DNA of 64,000 nucleotides from Candidatus Latescibacterota bacterium (GCA_965219995.1 CBDCOX010000002.1:4352001-4416000), one strand, 5' to 3'; positions 29,450-39,942 are shown, numbered from the stretch's first letter. Notes: generated by a model not told the origin, from the letters alone. A program made the numbers and translations.

Positions 29450-31147
29450 CTACGCACGGAACAACTCTCCCATGCGCCGGCCCAGGAACCGTCCGGCCAG
29501 AAAGAGGCTGAACATGAGAAGCAGCATTCCCAGCATGCCCATTGCGCTGGCAATATACGGTCCATCCGCAATTCTGCCCATCAGAGCGTAGATTGCTTTG
29601 GTGATCGGGTAATATTGCGCCTTCAATGCAAGGATCAGACTGTCGCTGACCTCCAGCATGGCGAAAGAAAAACAGAGAATGGACCCGGCGACCAGATTCG
29701 CCAGAATCAGCGGGAAGGTTATCTGCAATGTCGTCCGCAGGGGTGAGGCGCCCACGTTCCGGGCGGCCTCCTCGAGGGCGACGCTTGTTTGCTGGAATCC
29801 GGCATAGGCCGATCTGACCATATACGGCAGCCGTCTCACCGCGTATGCGATGACAAGCAACGGCACGGGATTGTGTCTTGCATCCAGAAAGGTTCCGGAA
29901 AACCCTGCCAGATATCCGAAGGCCAGCACCGGGCCCGGCAGGGCCAGGGGCAGCATCGCTACCGTATCCAGCGCGCCCCTTCCGGGGATACGGGTCCGGG
30001 AAAGCAGCCAGGCAATGGCAATCCCGAGTACCACGTCGCAGACCGTGCTGAGCGTACTCAACATCAGGCTCATTGTGACGCTGGGGCCGGCGATCGGATG
30101 CCGATATACCAGCGGGTAGTATTTGCCGGTAATCTCCTGGGGCCAGATCGACATGAACCAGCGTTCGGAGATCGAAGTCAGCAAAACACTCAGGTGAGGG
30201 ATCAGCGCAATGGCCGTCAACGAAATCATCAGTGCATAGATGAACGCGGTCATCCTGGTCGATGCCCGGCGGCTCGCGGATCCGACGTGTCCACGCGCCA
30301 CCATTTCGTACCGCTTTCCGCCCAGCAGGAGTTTGGAAAGGCAGAAAAACAGAACGGTCAGCAATAGCAGGAAAACCACAAGCGCGTACGCCATGGGGTT
30401 TTCGTTGATATCCGATATTGCATTGAAAATCTCAACCATGACCACCTGACGGTAGTTGAAAATCAGCGGTGTTCCCAGGTCCGTAAACGCCCAGATGAAG
30501 ACAATGATCGCGCCGGCGAAATATCCCGGCAACATCAGCGGAAACGTGACGGTTCGAAACAGCCTGAAACCGCGTGCGCCCATATTGCGGGCGGCCTCCT
30601 CGAGGCTGGGGTCGATATTCGCGAGCGCCGCGGCCACGTTCAGGAACATAATGGGATAGAGGTGCAACACCTGCAGAATGACCACACCCGCGAAGCCTCC
30701 CCCGAACCAATCGACGGGCTGGTCGACGATTCCCAATTCGAGCAACAACAGATTGATGGATCCGAATCGGGCGAACATCTGCTTCATCCCGATCGCGCCG
30801 ACGAACGGCGGGAGGACCATGGGCACCAGGATCAGACCGTTGAGGACATTTTTCCCCCTGAAGTCGTACCGTACCAGCAGGAATGCGACAGGCAGGGTCA
30901 GGAGTGTCGTTGCAACTGTGGTGAACATGCCCAGGCGGAAACTGTTCAGGATCATCTCACGATAGACGGGATTGCCTGCCATCAGCTCGAAAAAAACGAG
31001 CGAGATTTTTCCGTCCACCCACAGGGCTCGAACAACTGCATACCACAGCGGATAGAACAGAAAGCAGACGAAAAAGGCAAACATGCCCGCCAGAAACAGG
31101 ATTCTGGGGCCGTTCAGGTCGTATCGATCAAGTAGCGCTGTCTTCAC
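29450..31147 (-). CDS. FbpB/ThiP-type ABC importer permease (two domains)
   Basis: Two EEAARNxGA motifs and many TM helices. Confidence 0.92.
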   Translation of the reverse strand: MKTALLDRYDLNGPRILFLAGMFAFFVCFLFYPLWYAVVRALWVDGKISLVFFELMAGNPVYREMILNSFRLGMFTTVATTLLTLPVAFLLVRYDFRGKNVLNGLILVPMVLPPFVGAIGMKQMFARFGSINLLLLELGIVDQPVDWFGGGFAGVVILQVLHLYPIMFLNVAAALANIDPSLEEAARNMGARGFRLFRTVTFPLMLPGYFAGAIIVFIWAFTDLGTPLIFNYRQVVMVEIFNAISDINENPMAYALVVFLLLLTVLFFCLSKLLLGGKRYEMVARGHVGSASRRASTRMTAFIYALMISLTAIALIPHLSVLLTSISERWFMSIWPQEITGKYYPLVYRHPIAGPSVTMSLMLSTLSTVCDVVLGIAIAWLLSRTRIPGRGALDTVAMLPLALPGPVLAFGYLAGFSGTFLDARHNPVPLLVIAYAVRRLPYMVRSAYAGFQQTSVALEEAARNVGASPLRTTLQITFPLILANLVAGSILCFSFAMLEVSDSLILALKAQYYPITKAIYALMGRIADGPYIASAMGMLGMLLLMFSLFLAGRFLGRRMGELFRA

Positions 31148-32219
31148 CGTCGTCCTTCAGAATTGTAATCGCGTCGTGGGCGAAACGGATGCTTACACGA
31201 TCGTCAGGAAACGCTTTCTGAACCAGCGGATGGCCGTCGACCAGTTTCACCCGTGTCCCGTCGGGCAGGTCCAGAACATACTGTTCCGTCTCGCCCAGAT
31301 AGACCGTGTTCCGGATCGTTCCGGTGACGACGTGGTCTGCCTCGTCCGGTCGCCCTTCAAGGAAGTCCATGGCTTCCGGGCGGATGGCGCATAACACGCG
31401 GTCGTCTTTCCGGATGCCGTCGTAGCCCGGCCGGCCATACAGAATCCCGACAGGCGTCTCCACCCCGATTTTCTCGCCCAACCGAACGACCCGCCCCGAA
31501 ATCAGATTGATTTCGCCGATGAAATCCGCGACAAACCGGTTGGCCGGCTGTGAATACAACGTCCTTGGCGCCCCCGACTGCACCACGCGCCCGGCGTTCA
31601 TCACGGCGACGCGGTCGGCCATCGCAAGCGCCTCTTTCTGATCGTGCGTCACGTAAATCATGGTAACGCCAAGGCCTCGATGAAGCGCCTGGATCTGCTC
31701 TCGCATCTCCAGCCGCAGACGGGCGTCGAGATTGGAGAGCGGTTCGTCCAGCAAGACCACGTCGGGTTCGATTACCAGCGCCCGCGCCAGCGCCACCCGC
31801 TGCTGCTGCCCGCCCGACAACTGGTTCGGGGACCGGTCCCGGTAGGCTTCCATCCGGACCATCTGCAACGCCCGCAGGATGCGTTCAGTGCGTTCATGCA
31901 GCGCGACGTTGCGCATGGAAAGGCCGTACTCCACGTTCTGCCAGACCGTCATATGCGGCCAAAGGGCGTAGTTCTGAAAGACCATTCCCGTGTTGCGCTT
32001 TTCGGGCGGTACGTCGGTTACGTCCCGATCGTCAAAAAACACGCGGCCGGGTTCCGGCCGGTAGAATCCGGCGATTGTTCTCAACAGCGTGGTTTTGCCG
32101 CATCCGGATGGCCCCAGCAGGAAGAAGAATTCGCCTTCTTCGATTTCCAGATTGACGCGTTCAACCGCGACGACGCTGCCGAAACGCTTTGTGACATCCA
32201 TCAGACGAACACGCACCAT
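31128..32219 (-). CDS. ABC importer ATP-binding protein (FbpC/PotA type, TOBE)
   Basis: [27 protein letters not shown]. Confidence 0.95.
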   Translation of the reverse strand: MVRVRLMDVTKRFGSVVAVERVNLEIEEGEFFFLLGPSGCGKTTLLRTIAGFYRPEPGRVFFDDRDVTDVPPEKRNTGMVFQNYALWPHMTVWQNVEYGLSMRNVALHERTERILRALQMVRMEAYRDRSPNQLSGGQQQRVALARALVIEPDVVLLDEPLSNLDARLRLEMREQIQALHRGLGVTMIYVTHDQKEALAMADRVAVMNAGRVVQSGAPRTLYSQPANRFVADFIGEINLISGRVVRLGEKIGVETPVGILYGRPGYDGIRKDDRVLCAIRPEAMDFLEGRPDEADHVVTGTIRNTVYLGETEQYVLDLPDGTRVKLVDGHPLVQKAFPDDRVSIRFAHDAITILKDDGEDSAT

Positions 32220-32259
32220 GGATCGCCCTCACGTCAAAAACGAATGACATTGGGAGGAT

Positions 32260-33750
32260 TTACGACGTCCGCTTTCGCGAGAAAGAAGCACCCCGCAGGA
32301 CCGTTCTCGGCGAAATATCAGCGAGGTGGAGTACCATCGCGACCGCAAGGGCTAAAGGGAACAGGAGCGTCACCCAGTCCAGAAGACGCGATCGAAACGG
32401 TGGGAGGGCATCGCCGTATTTGTTTCGGGCGAATTCCGTCCAGGTCGCCAGGGTCTTGTTGCGCAGTTCCGAGTCCCGCCAGCGGGCGCCCAGCCGGACG
32501 CAGGCTTCCTCGCTTACAGGTACTTCAGAAAGCCCGCGAACAATCCCCGGAGTCACGCCTTCTCCGATCGCCGATTTCCACGCGTCTTGCAGTTGTTCGT
32601 GAGAATCGATCACCATGGCCCCGATCAGATCGTTCAGGACGCGCCACCTTGCGGACGCCTTTTCGGAGTCATAGACGAGATCCGAAGTCCACTCGAACGG
32701 GTTCAATGAAACGGCCGCTTCGTCGGTATACCGCCGGTAAAGATCGGGTAAAACCGTAAACCGGTTCAACGCTGTTTCCACGGGGCCGCCCGGAGCGCCT
32801 TTCTTCAGAAACCACAGTTTCTGTCCCGCATCCGACATGACAAACTCGACGAAACTCCGAGCCGCATGCAGGTTCGGCGCACCTTTGAGGATCGCCACCC
32901 CGTCGGGATTGACGATGGTCAGATTGTCGGGCATCGTGAACCCGATATTGTCCGCTCCCACCTGGCTGACCTGGGCCCAGGCATAGAAGTCGATGGACAG
33001 GCCGTAGGCTACTTCGCCGGCGGCGACATCCTTGGGCGCCTGGGCGCCGCCCGAAGCGAAGTTTCGGACATTGGCCCCCAGTGTCGTAATGACCTCCCAT
33101 CCCCGTTCCCAACCGTATGCCTGCAGGATCAACTCATATGCCATGTGTACGCTTCCACTGCTCCGCGGATCGCCCGACCCGACCCACGAAAACAATCGAG
33201 GATCCCCGAGATCTGCCCAGGTCCGCGGAAGCGGCAGACCCAGAAGCTCGAGCACCGCACGATTGTAGACAATACCGAAACCCGCCAGGGTGGCGCCGAA
33301 CCAGCGGTAATCGGGATCGTAAAGCGGCACGCCGCCGATTTTTCGAGGCAAACGATCCAATAACTCATCCGAGAGTCGATGGGCCGAGAACAAGCCCATG
33401 TCGGCAAGCTCCATAAACGGATCCATGCCGCCGCCGAAAAAGACGTCGATTCCGACGCCCGCCGGGGCGCGGCTGAACTCCGACTTGATGTATCTCAGAA
33501 TCGAACTGGTGCCGCCACCGACATCCAGCCATTCCAGGACGATCTCCCGTCCGGTCAGCGTGGTATAGTGCGACCTGAAGGCCGCCTCGAATTCGTTCTG
33601 CACGCCGTCCGGATGCGGCGAGATCAGCACGAGCCGGTCCGTCGCGGCCGTCGTGATGACGGGATTGAGGGTACAAAAGAAAATCAACAAAAAACGTCCC
33701 AATCCAAGGGACTGAGACGCATGCGACGGGCGTTTTGACAGGCGATTCAC
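32260..33750 (-). CDS. ABC substrate-binding protein (AfuA/FbpA-like) with C-terminal TM helix
   Basis: LISPH, DVFFGGG, DPRSSGS, AILKGAPN; hydrophobic C-terminal segment. Confidence 0.88.
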   Translation of the reverse strand: MNRLSKRPSHASQSLGLGRFLLIFFCTLNPVITTAATDRLVLISPHPDGVQNEFEAAFRSHYTTLTGREIVLEWLDVGGGTSSILRYIKSEFSRAPAGVGIDVFFGGGMDPFMELADMGLFSAHRLSDELLDRLPRKIGGVPLYDPDYRWFGATLAGFGIVYNRAVLELLGLPLPRTWADLGDPRLFSWVGSGDPRSSGSVHMAYELILQAYGWERGWEVITTLGANVRNFASGGAQAPKDVAAGEVAYGLSIDFYAWAQVSQVGADNIGFTMPDNLTIVNPDGVAILKGAPNLHAARSFVEFVMSDAGQKLWFLKKGAPGGPVETALNRFTVLPDLYRRYTDEAAVSLNPFEWTSDLVYDSEKASARWRVLNDLIGAMVIDSHEQLQDAWKSAIGEGVTPGIVRGLSEVPVSEEACVRLGARWRDSELRNKTLATWTEFARNKYGDALPPFRSRLLDWVTLLFPLALAVAMVLHLADISPRTVLRGASFSRKRTS

Positions 33751-34937
33751 GGGCCGATATCCTCAACGCTTCCGATCTTGTTTCCGGTCGGATCGGTGAA
33801 CCAGATCCTGCCGATCCGATCGACTGTCAGCCTTCCGACGCCAGAGACCGATGACGGCAGTTCGAGAATCCGAATGCTGGAAGCCTCGGGATCGAATCGG
33901 GCGATATATTCGGACTGATCACCCGCGTACCAGATTCGGCCGTTCGTGTCCGCTGCCAGCGAGGTTGGATCGGGCCCGTCTTCGGGCAACAGGTAGCTCA
34001 CGAAATCTCCCGTCGCCAGCAGGTCCCACATGTGCAGCTGATAGGATTCCGTGGAAAACCAGATCTGCCCGCCGGCATCCAGTACGAACTGCCTTATCGT
34101 CAGGTTCTGCGCGGGTACCGCGATCTCCACGATCTCCTTCGTTTCCGGATTCATCCGGCCGAATTTCCCGGCGGCGCGTTCCACAAATACCAGCACCCCT
34201 TCACTATCTGTAAGTATCTCGTCCAGCCCCGCGGAGGGAGTGAACACGGGATACTCATCGAACCTGCTGCGATCCGGATCGAAACGGCCAATCTGGTTGC
34301 CGGATTCCTGCGTGAACCAGAGAACCCCCTTTCGGTCGAAAACGAGGCCGCTGGGTCGGCTTCCCGGCGTGGGTACGGTATACATGCGGATCTCTTGGGA
34401 AATCGGATCGAGGCGGCCGATCGCGTTTGCGACGACATCCGTGAACCAGACGATCCCGCGGCCGTCGACGACGAGCCGCGTGGGCCGCCCGCCGGGGGTC
34501 GGTAACGGATATTCAACGAATGTCCCGGTTGACGGATCGAACCGGCCGATCTGATTGGCGCCCGTCTGCGCGAACCAGACACGCCCCAGGGCATCCACAA
34601 CGATATCCTGGGGCTGGCTGCCCAGCGTCGGCACCGCATAGATGTCCACCGACCCTACAGCGACGTCTTCTTCCACATGAGAATGCATCACCGTATGCTG
34701 GGCCTTGTCGTAAAGGCGCGCGAAGATCAGAAAATCCTGAAGATCCACGGCGTTGTCGCCGTTCAGGTCGAAGCGTGTATCTTCGGTACCGAATGCCTGC
34801 GCAAGAAGGATGAAATCCCCGAAGTCGATCACATCGTTGTCGTCGAAATCGATGTCGGCCGTGGACTGGGCGAACACGGTCGAAAGAAGGATACCGACCG
34901 AGAACGTCCAGGTCCCTGTTTTCTTAAGGATATTCAT
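33747..34937 (-). CDS. Secreted EF-hand/dockerin-like plus Vgb-like beta-propeller protein
   Basis: Signal peptide, DFDDNDVIDFGDF and DLNGDNAVDLQDF Ca loops, seven G.(V/I)W(F/Y)...N.IGR.DP-type repeats. Confidence 0.85.
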   Translation of the reverse strand: MNILKKTGTWTFSVGILLSTVFAQSTADIDFDDNDVIDFGDFILLAQAFGTEDTRFDLNGDNAVDLQDFLIFARLYDKAQHTVMHSHVEEDVAVGSVDIYAVPTLGSQPQDIVVDALGRVWFAQTGANQIGRFDPSTGTFVEYPLPTPGGRPTRLVVDGRGIVWFTDVVANAIGRLDPISQEIRMYTVPTPGSRPSGLVFDRKGVLWFTQESGNQIGRFDPDRSRFDEYPVFTPSAGLDEILTDSEGVLVFVERAAGKFGRMNPETKEIVEIAVPAQNLTIRQFVLDAGGQIWFSTESYQLHMWDLLATGDFVSYLLPEDGPDPTSLAADTNGRIWYAGDQSEYIARFDPEASSIRILELPSSVSGVGRLTVDRIGRIWFTDPTGNKIGSVEDIGP

Positions 34938-34989
34938 CTCTCGTTCGCGATTGAAAACCGCAGGATGCGTGAATGAATTGGCAGCAGAT

Positions 34990-36471
34990 TCAACCGGTTC
35001 GGTTTCCCGCGCGGGCAAGTTCGAATATGGCCCTGGCAGCTTCAAGACGCAGGCCCGGTTCCGCGTCATTCAGGTACGGCCGAAGCGTCGTCAACTGATT
35101 CAGATCACGCGAATTCGCCAATCCTCTCAACGCTGCGGCCTGAAGGATCGCTTCGTCGCTTTGCTCCAGGATCTCGCTCAGCGCCCTGGACGCCCCCACG
35201 TGCGCAATCTGTCCAAGCGATTCAACGATCGCTTCGCGGATATCCGGCGACGCCTCCTGATGAAATGCCCATAAAAGTGTATTGGCTGCCTCGGCGTCGC
35301 TGGTTTTGCCCAGCGCCTGCACAACGGCCCGGCGAACGGAAATTTCCTCTTCTCGCGAGAGCGCTTTCTTCAGGGCGGGGATCCTTCCGGCATCGCCGAT
35401 GATTCCCAGAATTTCCGCGGCGCGCTTGCGAAACGGACGGTGTGCGCTCTCCAAATCGGGTTCCAGTTCCTCTGAAAACTCAAGCCCATGACCGAGCCTC
35501 GCGAGGGACCAGGCCGCGATGAGCCGGAACGGTTGACTCTCGGGTCCGTAGAAGGCGGACCGCAGGAGGTCCACCGCCGTTGAATCCTGAACCCACCCCA
35601 GTCCCTCCGCGGCCAGCAGCCTGTCCATCGCGTCGCCCTCTTCCAGCAGCTGTTTCTTGAGATAGTCGCCAATCGTTGTCGCGGACAGGCCTCCCAGCGC
35701 CTCGAAGCAGCGAATACGCAGGGACTGTTGCCAGGCTGTCTGTTTCGCCACCGTCTCAAGGTGGCCGATCGCTTCGGCCGTGCCGTACGATTCCAGAGCC
35801 TCCACCATGACCAGTGAAGTCGAGAGCTGTTTTGTTTTCTTCAGCGTATCGGCAACGGCGGACAGACTCTGCAGATCTCCCAGCCGGGAGAGCGCCAATG
35901 CGGCGGCGGATCGTACCACCGGATCGGGATCTTCTCCAAATGCCCGACGCAGCGCAGGAACCGTCGACGAGTTCCCCAGTTGACCCAGTGAGGCGGCCGC
36001 TTTTGACCGGACCATGCTCATCTGACCGTTCCCGAGCGTTTCCGCGAGCCATGGACCCATCGTCTCCGGATTCAGACGTTCAAGCGCCGCTGCAACTTCC
36101 ACTTTCACGAGAGCGCTTTCGGTTTTTTCGAACAGGCCGGTGAGTGCCTCGACGGCACCCGGGCCATTCCGCCTGCCGAGCGTTTCGGCCGCCCGAAGCA
36201 CCACGATCTGATCAGGATGGTCGAGCAGAGTGAGAAATGCCGATTGCGTATCCGGGCTGTCCTGACCGCCAAGGACCGTTACGGCCTCCGCGACCAGGGC
36301 GCCGTCCAGACCGGCGTTGCGGACCAGGCCGAGTACCGTGTTCAGCGCGTCTTTTTCGGCCCGTGCCACTTCCTGGGGACCGACGCCGCAACCCCACGCC
36401 ACGACACAGACCAGGATGAACCACCCAACGCGGGAAACCGGCCGCTCCCGCCCGCGGTTTGACTCACGCAT
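34990..36471 (-). CDS. HEAT-repeat (PBS-lyase-like) lipoprotein
   Basis: Lipobox-like AWGC; repeated VRxxAAxxLG units. Confidence 0.85.
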   Translation of the reverse strand: MRESNRGRERPVSRVGWFILVCVVAWGCGVGPQEVARAEKDALNTVLGLVRNAGLDGALVAEAVTVLGGQDSPDTQSAFLTLLDHPDQIVVLRAAETLGRRNGPGAVEALTGLFEKTESALVKVEVAAALERLNPETMGPWLAETLGNGQMSMVRSKAAASLGQLGNSSTVPALRRAFGEDPDPVVRSAAALALSRLGDLQSLSAVADTLKKTKQLSTSLVMVEALESYGTAEAIGHLETVAKQTAWQQSLRIRCFEALGGLSATTIGDYLKKQLLEEGDAMDRLLAAEGLGWVQDSTAVDLLRSAFYGPESQPFRLIAAWSLARLGHGLEFSEELEPDLESAHRPFRKRAAEILGIIGDAGRIPALKKALSREEEISVRRAVVQALGKTSDAEAANTLLWAFHQEASPDIREAIVESLGQIAHVGASRALSEILEQSDEAILQAAALRGLANSRDLNQLTTLRPYLNDAEPGLRLEAARAIFELARAGNRTG

Positions 36472-36473
36472 AC

Positions 36474-37859
36474 CTATTCGACTCCCACGACACAACGAAA
36501 CCCGACGTCGGACCGTCTTGCGTCGGACTCCGCCCAGGACGCGCCAGTACATTTCGCCCGCTTTTCATCGTCCAGCCACGAGCCGCCGTAGATTGCCCGA
36601 AGTTCCCTCTTGTTTCCATACCATCCGTCCACCCATTCCCATACGTTGCCGACCATGTCCCTGACGCCATAGACGTTGGGAGACCCCTTTGCAACTTCCG
36701 ATGCGCCCGCGTCCCAGGCCAGGCCCGTTCGGCCCCTGGCGGGATCATAACGCTTGCCGTAGGAATAGATATCGCCCTTCTCACCCAGACATGCCGCAAC
36801 CCATTCTTCAGACGTGGGCAGCCTCTTGCCGAGGGAACCGCAGTAAGCCCGCGCCTGTTCGTGTGTGATTCCGGTGGCGGGCATTCGAGGCCCGCCCGAA
36901 AACTCATCCGGTCTGTAACCCGGATCGAACGCCCGGAACGCTTCGACGCTGACTTCGTGCGGATCGATGAAGAAGGTCTGGAACGCGGAGGTCTCGATTT
37001 TCAGCATGCCTTCGACCTTTCTGGCAAAAGCCGCTGCCACTCGCTCCGCCTCGGCCGCACGAGCCTGTTCTTCAGCAAGTTCGACTTCCCGCGCTGTTTT
37101 TGCCTTTGCTTCGATCTTGGCCTTCCGGGCCTCCTCAGCCGCCCTGATGGCGGCTTTGCGGCGCGCGGCTTCCCTGCGAACCCGCGCCTGAATCCTGCGC
37201 CGGGCCTTCGCCTCTGCCTCTGCCAGCCGAATCCGATCGGCGTCCGTAAGAGTTCGCGCGCACCGAAATCCGTAATTCAGCGATTTCAAATCGACTTTGG
37301 CCCGTCTGGCGGAGCCGCACCGCGTCAACCTCGGACCGTCCGTCCAGGAACCGCCGTACACTTTCTGCATTCCGCTTTTCGCGCCGGCGTCGTCCACCCA
37401 CTCCCACACATTTCCCGACATATCATACAGCCCCGCTTTATTCTCTTCGTAGCTCATTACCGCCTTGGGTCCGTCGGTCCAGTTCTTCCGGCCCACCCGT
37501 GCGAGGTTGGGATCGAAGTTGTTTCCGTAGGCATAAGCCGATCCCTCGATTCCGCCGCAGGCCACGACCCACTCGTCCGATGTCGGCAGGCGTTTGCCCT
37601 GCGCCTCGCAATACGCCCTTGCCTGAGTGAACGAGATTGCCGTCGCCGGCATCTTCGCATCTTCGAAATAGGTGTACGCCGGGTGATAATCCGGATCGAA
37701 TGCCTTCATCTGCTCGACCGTCACTTCGTGCCTGGCCATATAGAATCGTTCCTGCCCGGACTGCACCAGGACCATTTCGTCTCCGGGCGGCTGAGCGGGA
37801 ACCGCCCACGGAATGAATCCAGCCGCAACCGTTATCGCGAAATGTGCTATCCACCGCAC
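36474..37859 (-). CDS. Protein with two FGE/SUMF1-like domains and a coiled-coil linker
   Basis: Two copies of KRLPTSxEW, DMxGNVWEW, YGGSW and GFRC; Ala/Glu/Arg-rich linker. Start GTG 37859 is inferred. Confidence 0.85.
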   Translation of the reverse strand: MRWIAHFAITVAAGFIPWAVPAQPPGDEMVLVQSGQERFYMARHEVTVEQMKAFDPDYHPAYTYFEDAKMPATAISFTQARAYCEAQGKRLPTSDEWVVACGGIEGSAYAYGNNFDPNLARVGRKNWTDGPKAVMSYEENKAGLYDMSGNVWEWVDDAGAKSGMQKVYGGSWTDGPRLTRCGSARRAKVDLKSLNYGFRCARTLTDADRIRLAEAEAKARRRIQARVRREAARRKAAIRAAEEARKAKIEAKAKTAREVELAEEQARAAEAERVAAAFARKVEGMLKIETSAFQTFFIDPHEVSVEAFRAFDPGYRPDEFSGGPRMPATGITHEQARAYCGSLGKRLPTSEEWVAACLGEKGDIYSYGKRYDPARGRTGLAWDAGASEVAKGSPNVYGVRDMVGNVWEWVDGWYGNKRELRAIYGGSWLDDEKRAKCTGASWAESDARRSDVGFRCVVGVE

Positions 37860-37860
37860 C

Positions 37861-38856
37861 TCAAAATTCCCCGAGCAATTCCTGGCGTTCGTCGCCTTCG
37901 CCAAGAATCAGGCTGATGTCCCATTCGTATTGGCCGTTGGCCGGCGCCACACCGCAGGCTTTCAATCCCCACGCGGTATCCAGACGATCGACCTGCGACG
38001 TGGAGGGCTCCAGCGCCGCGTGATGAAGGTTGTTCCATCCGCCTTCGTTAATCCACAAGCCCAGGTGCGAGAGCTTTTTGGCGGGAAACAGGAAACCGAT
38101 AAATTCCCCGTTCGGATAAACCAGCGCACAGCGGCCCTGCTCCAGCCGCGTGGAAAAAAGCTTCTCGGCCTCTTTCGTGCGGCTGGACCGGATCGAGGAC
38201 CGGTTATAGTCCTTGTCCAGGGTCAGATCCGTTACTTTGGGCCAGACATGCCGTGTCATTGGCGGCCCGAGGCGGTCTTCCGTACTCATGTAGGACACCA
38301 CGTCGGTTCCGGAAGGCATCAGGACGCGCGAGCGGGTCTCCACCTTGAACAGCGGGTGGAACGCATAGACGAACGGCATGTCAAACGGGCTTTCATTCTG
38401 AACCGTATAGGAAAACCGAATATACGGCTTTTCGCCGCGTGCCAGCGTTTCGAAGCGGACCTCGCGTTTGAACACATAGGGAAGCCGCACGCCTCGCACC
38501 CACATCTGCAGGCGTCCCTGTTTGACTTCATACTCCCAGGGAAGCGTCCATACCTCTCCATGATCCGGAATCGGCGTGCCTTCCCACGGAAAAGCAGGGT
38601 ACGGACAGGCTTCGACGGTGGGAAAACACTCGTCCGCGCCGTCGCGTTCGTAATTCTCGAAGCGGTCCGCGTAGGTCCGGCGTCTGTGCGGGATGCTCGT
38701 GCGTGACAGAAACTCACGCCCGGTCGCCTTATTGACAAGAGAGGTTATCTTGCCGCCCAGTTCGGGTACGACAACGAGGGAGAAGAATTCGGTGTCCAGC
38801 TTTATTCCCGAAATATCCGGCGTCAGCTCCACCTCTTCCAGCTTGAATTTTTTCAT
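37861..38856 (-). CDS. Galactose mutarotase-like protein
   Basis: PELGGKITSL, DECFPT, PDHGEVW, FHP, LEP; SD GAGG. Confidence 0.8.
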   Translation of the reverse strand: MKKFKLEEVELTPDISGIKLDTEFFSLVVVPELGGKITSLVNKATGREFLSRTSIPHRRRTYADRFENYERDGADECFPTVEACPYPAFPWEGTPIPDHGEVWTLPWEYEVKQGRLQMWVRGVRLPYVFKREVRFETLARGEKPYIRFSYTVQNESPFDMPFVYAFHPLFKVETRSRVLMPSGTDVVSYMSTEDRLGPPMTRHVWPKVTDLTLDKDYNRSSIRSSRTKEAEKLFSTRLEQGRCALVYPNGEFIGFLFPAKKLSHLGLWINEGGWNNLHHAALEPSTSQVDRLDTAWGLKACGVAPANGQYEWDISLILGEGDERQELLGEF

Positions 38857-38962
38857 GCTTTTCGTATCCTCTCCTTCGCATTAAGGACCGAACGGCCGGA
38901 CGCTGTCCTCGGGGACGCCCTGGTCAGACGCGTTGCGCGGCAAACCTGTTCCACGAATTCTT

Positions 38963-39934
38963 CTACGGAGTTCGTACGGGAATTCTTTGTTGAACCAGGC
39001 GGCCGATGTGCGCAACGCCGAGCAGATCGAAATATTCCCGATCGTCGTCTCGTGGGCGAAAGGGAACGTATTCAAGCATCCGCGCCAGTACGCTGTTCTG
39101 CCTGGCGACTTCCTCCGGTATGGGGATGTTGAGACGCCTCATCACGGTTTTCATCCGTACCCTTCCTTTGCGTATCCATCCGCCGTCGTACGTGATGTCG
39201 AGCGATCCTTGCGCCGTGCGGATGATCGGAACCGGATGCTCGGCCAGCTTCAGGTCTCGCAGCGACGTCTCGTAGACTGCAATCTTGTAGGCATTCGGAC
39301 TCCCATGCTCGTCGTATCCGTCCGGATAGAGGGGTTCCTCGGCCACCATCGTCCCCAGTCTTTCGTAGAGTTCCTCGGTGCCAAGCGCAGTCGCTTCCAG
39401 ACTGTAGAGCGATTTCCTGCTCTCCACGTGGAAGATTTCCACGCGGAGATTCAGATGCATCCCCTCGAACGGCGAAGACCAGCTGAAGCCGTCGAATTCG
39501 CCGATCCTGTGGCTGCGTTTTATATAGTAGTGCGCCACACACACGGCGTCCACGTTCCGGGCACGGTCGATCACTTCTCCGAGTTGCAATCCGTTCCAGC
39601 CGCCCTGGTGTCTTACCAGGTATCCTCTGGCCTGGAGCGCGGCACGGATCGCTTCGTAAAGCCGGAGTTCGTACCTGGGCGGCATACGAAACGGGTCCCC
39701 CTGCAACTGGCGGCTGAATCCCAACACGACTCTCCCGGCGTACCGGAGCCCGAGGTCCGGATCCCGGTCCGACGCCAATACAATGAGGCCGATCCGTTTG
39801 GGCCGATAGCGCGCAAAGGCCGCCGCCGCCGAGCTCGTGCCTTCGGCGAAAGCCTCCTTCTTTACTTCTCCAGGTTCGCAGGGCGCCGCCACGATACACG
39901 ACAACCCGAACAGAATCAAGAAACGCACACACAC
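38963..39934 (-). CDS. Hypothetical exported protein
   Basis: 323-aa ORF with a signal-like N-terminus, in operon context. Confidence 0.6.
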   Translation of the reverse strand: MCVRFLILFGLSCIVAAPCEPGEVKKEAFAEGTSSAAAAFARYRPKRIGLIVLASDRDPDLGLRYAGRVVLGFSRQLQGDPFRMPPRYELRLYEAIRAALQARGYLVRHQGGWNGLQLGEVIDRARNVDAVCVAHYYIKRSHRIGEFDGFSWSSPFEGMHLNLRVEIFHVESRKSLYSLEATALGTEELYERLGTMVAEEPLYPDGYDEHGSPNAYKIAVYETSLRDLKLAEHPVPIIRTAQGSLDITYDGGWIRKGRVRMKTVMRRLNIPIPEEVARQNSVLARMLEYVPFRPRDDDREYFDLLGVAHIGRLVQQRIPVRTP

Positions 39935-39942
39935 CCCCGGTT

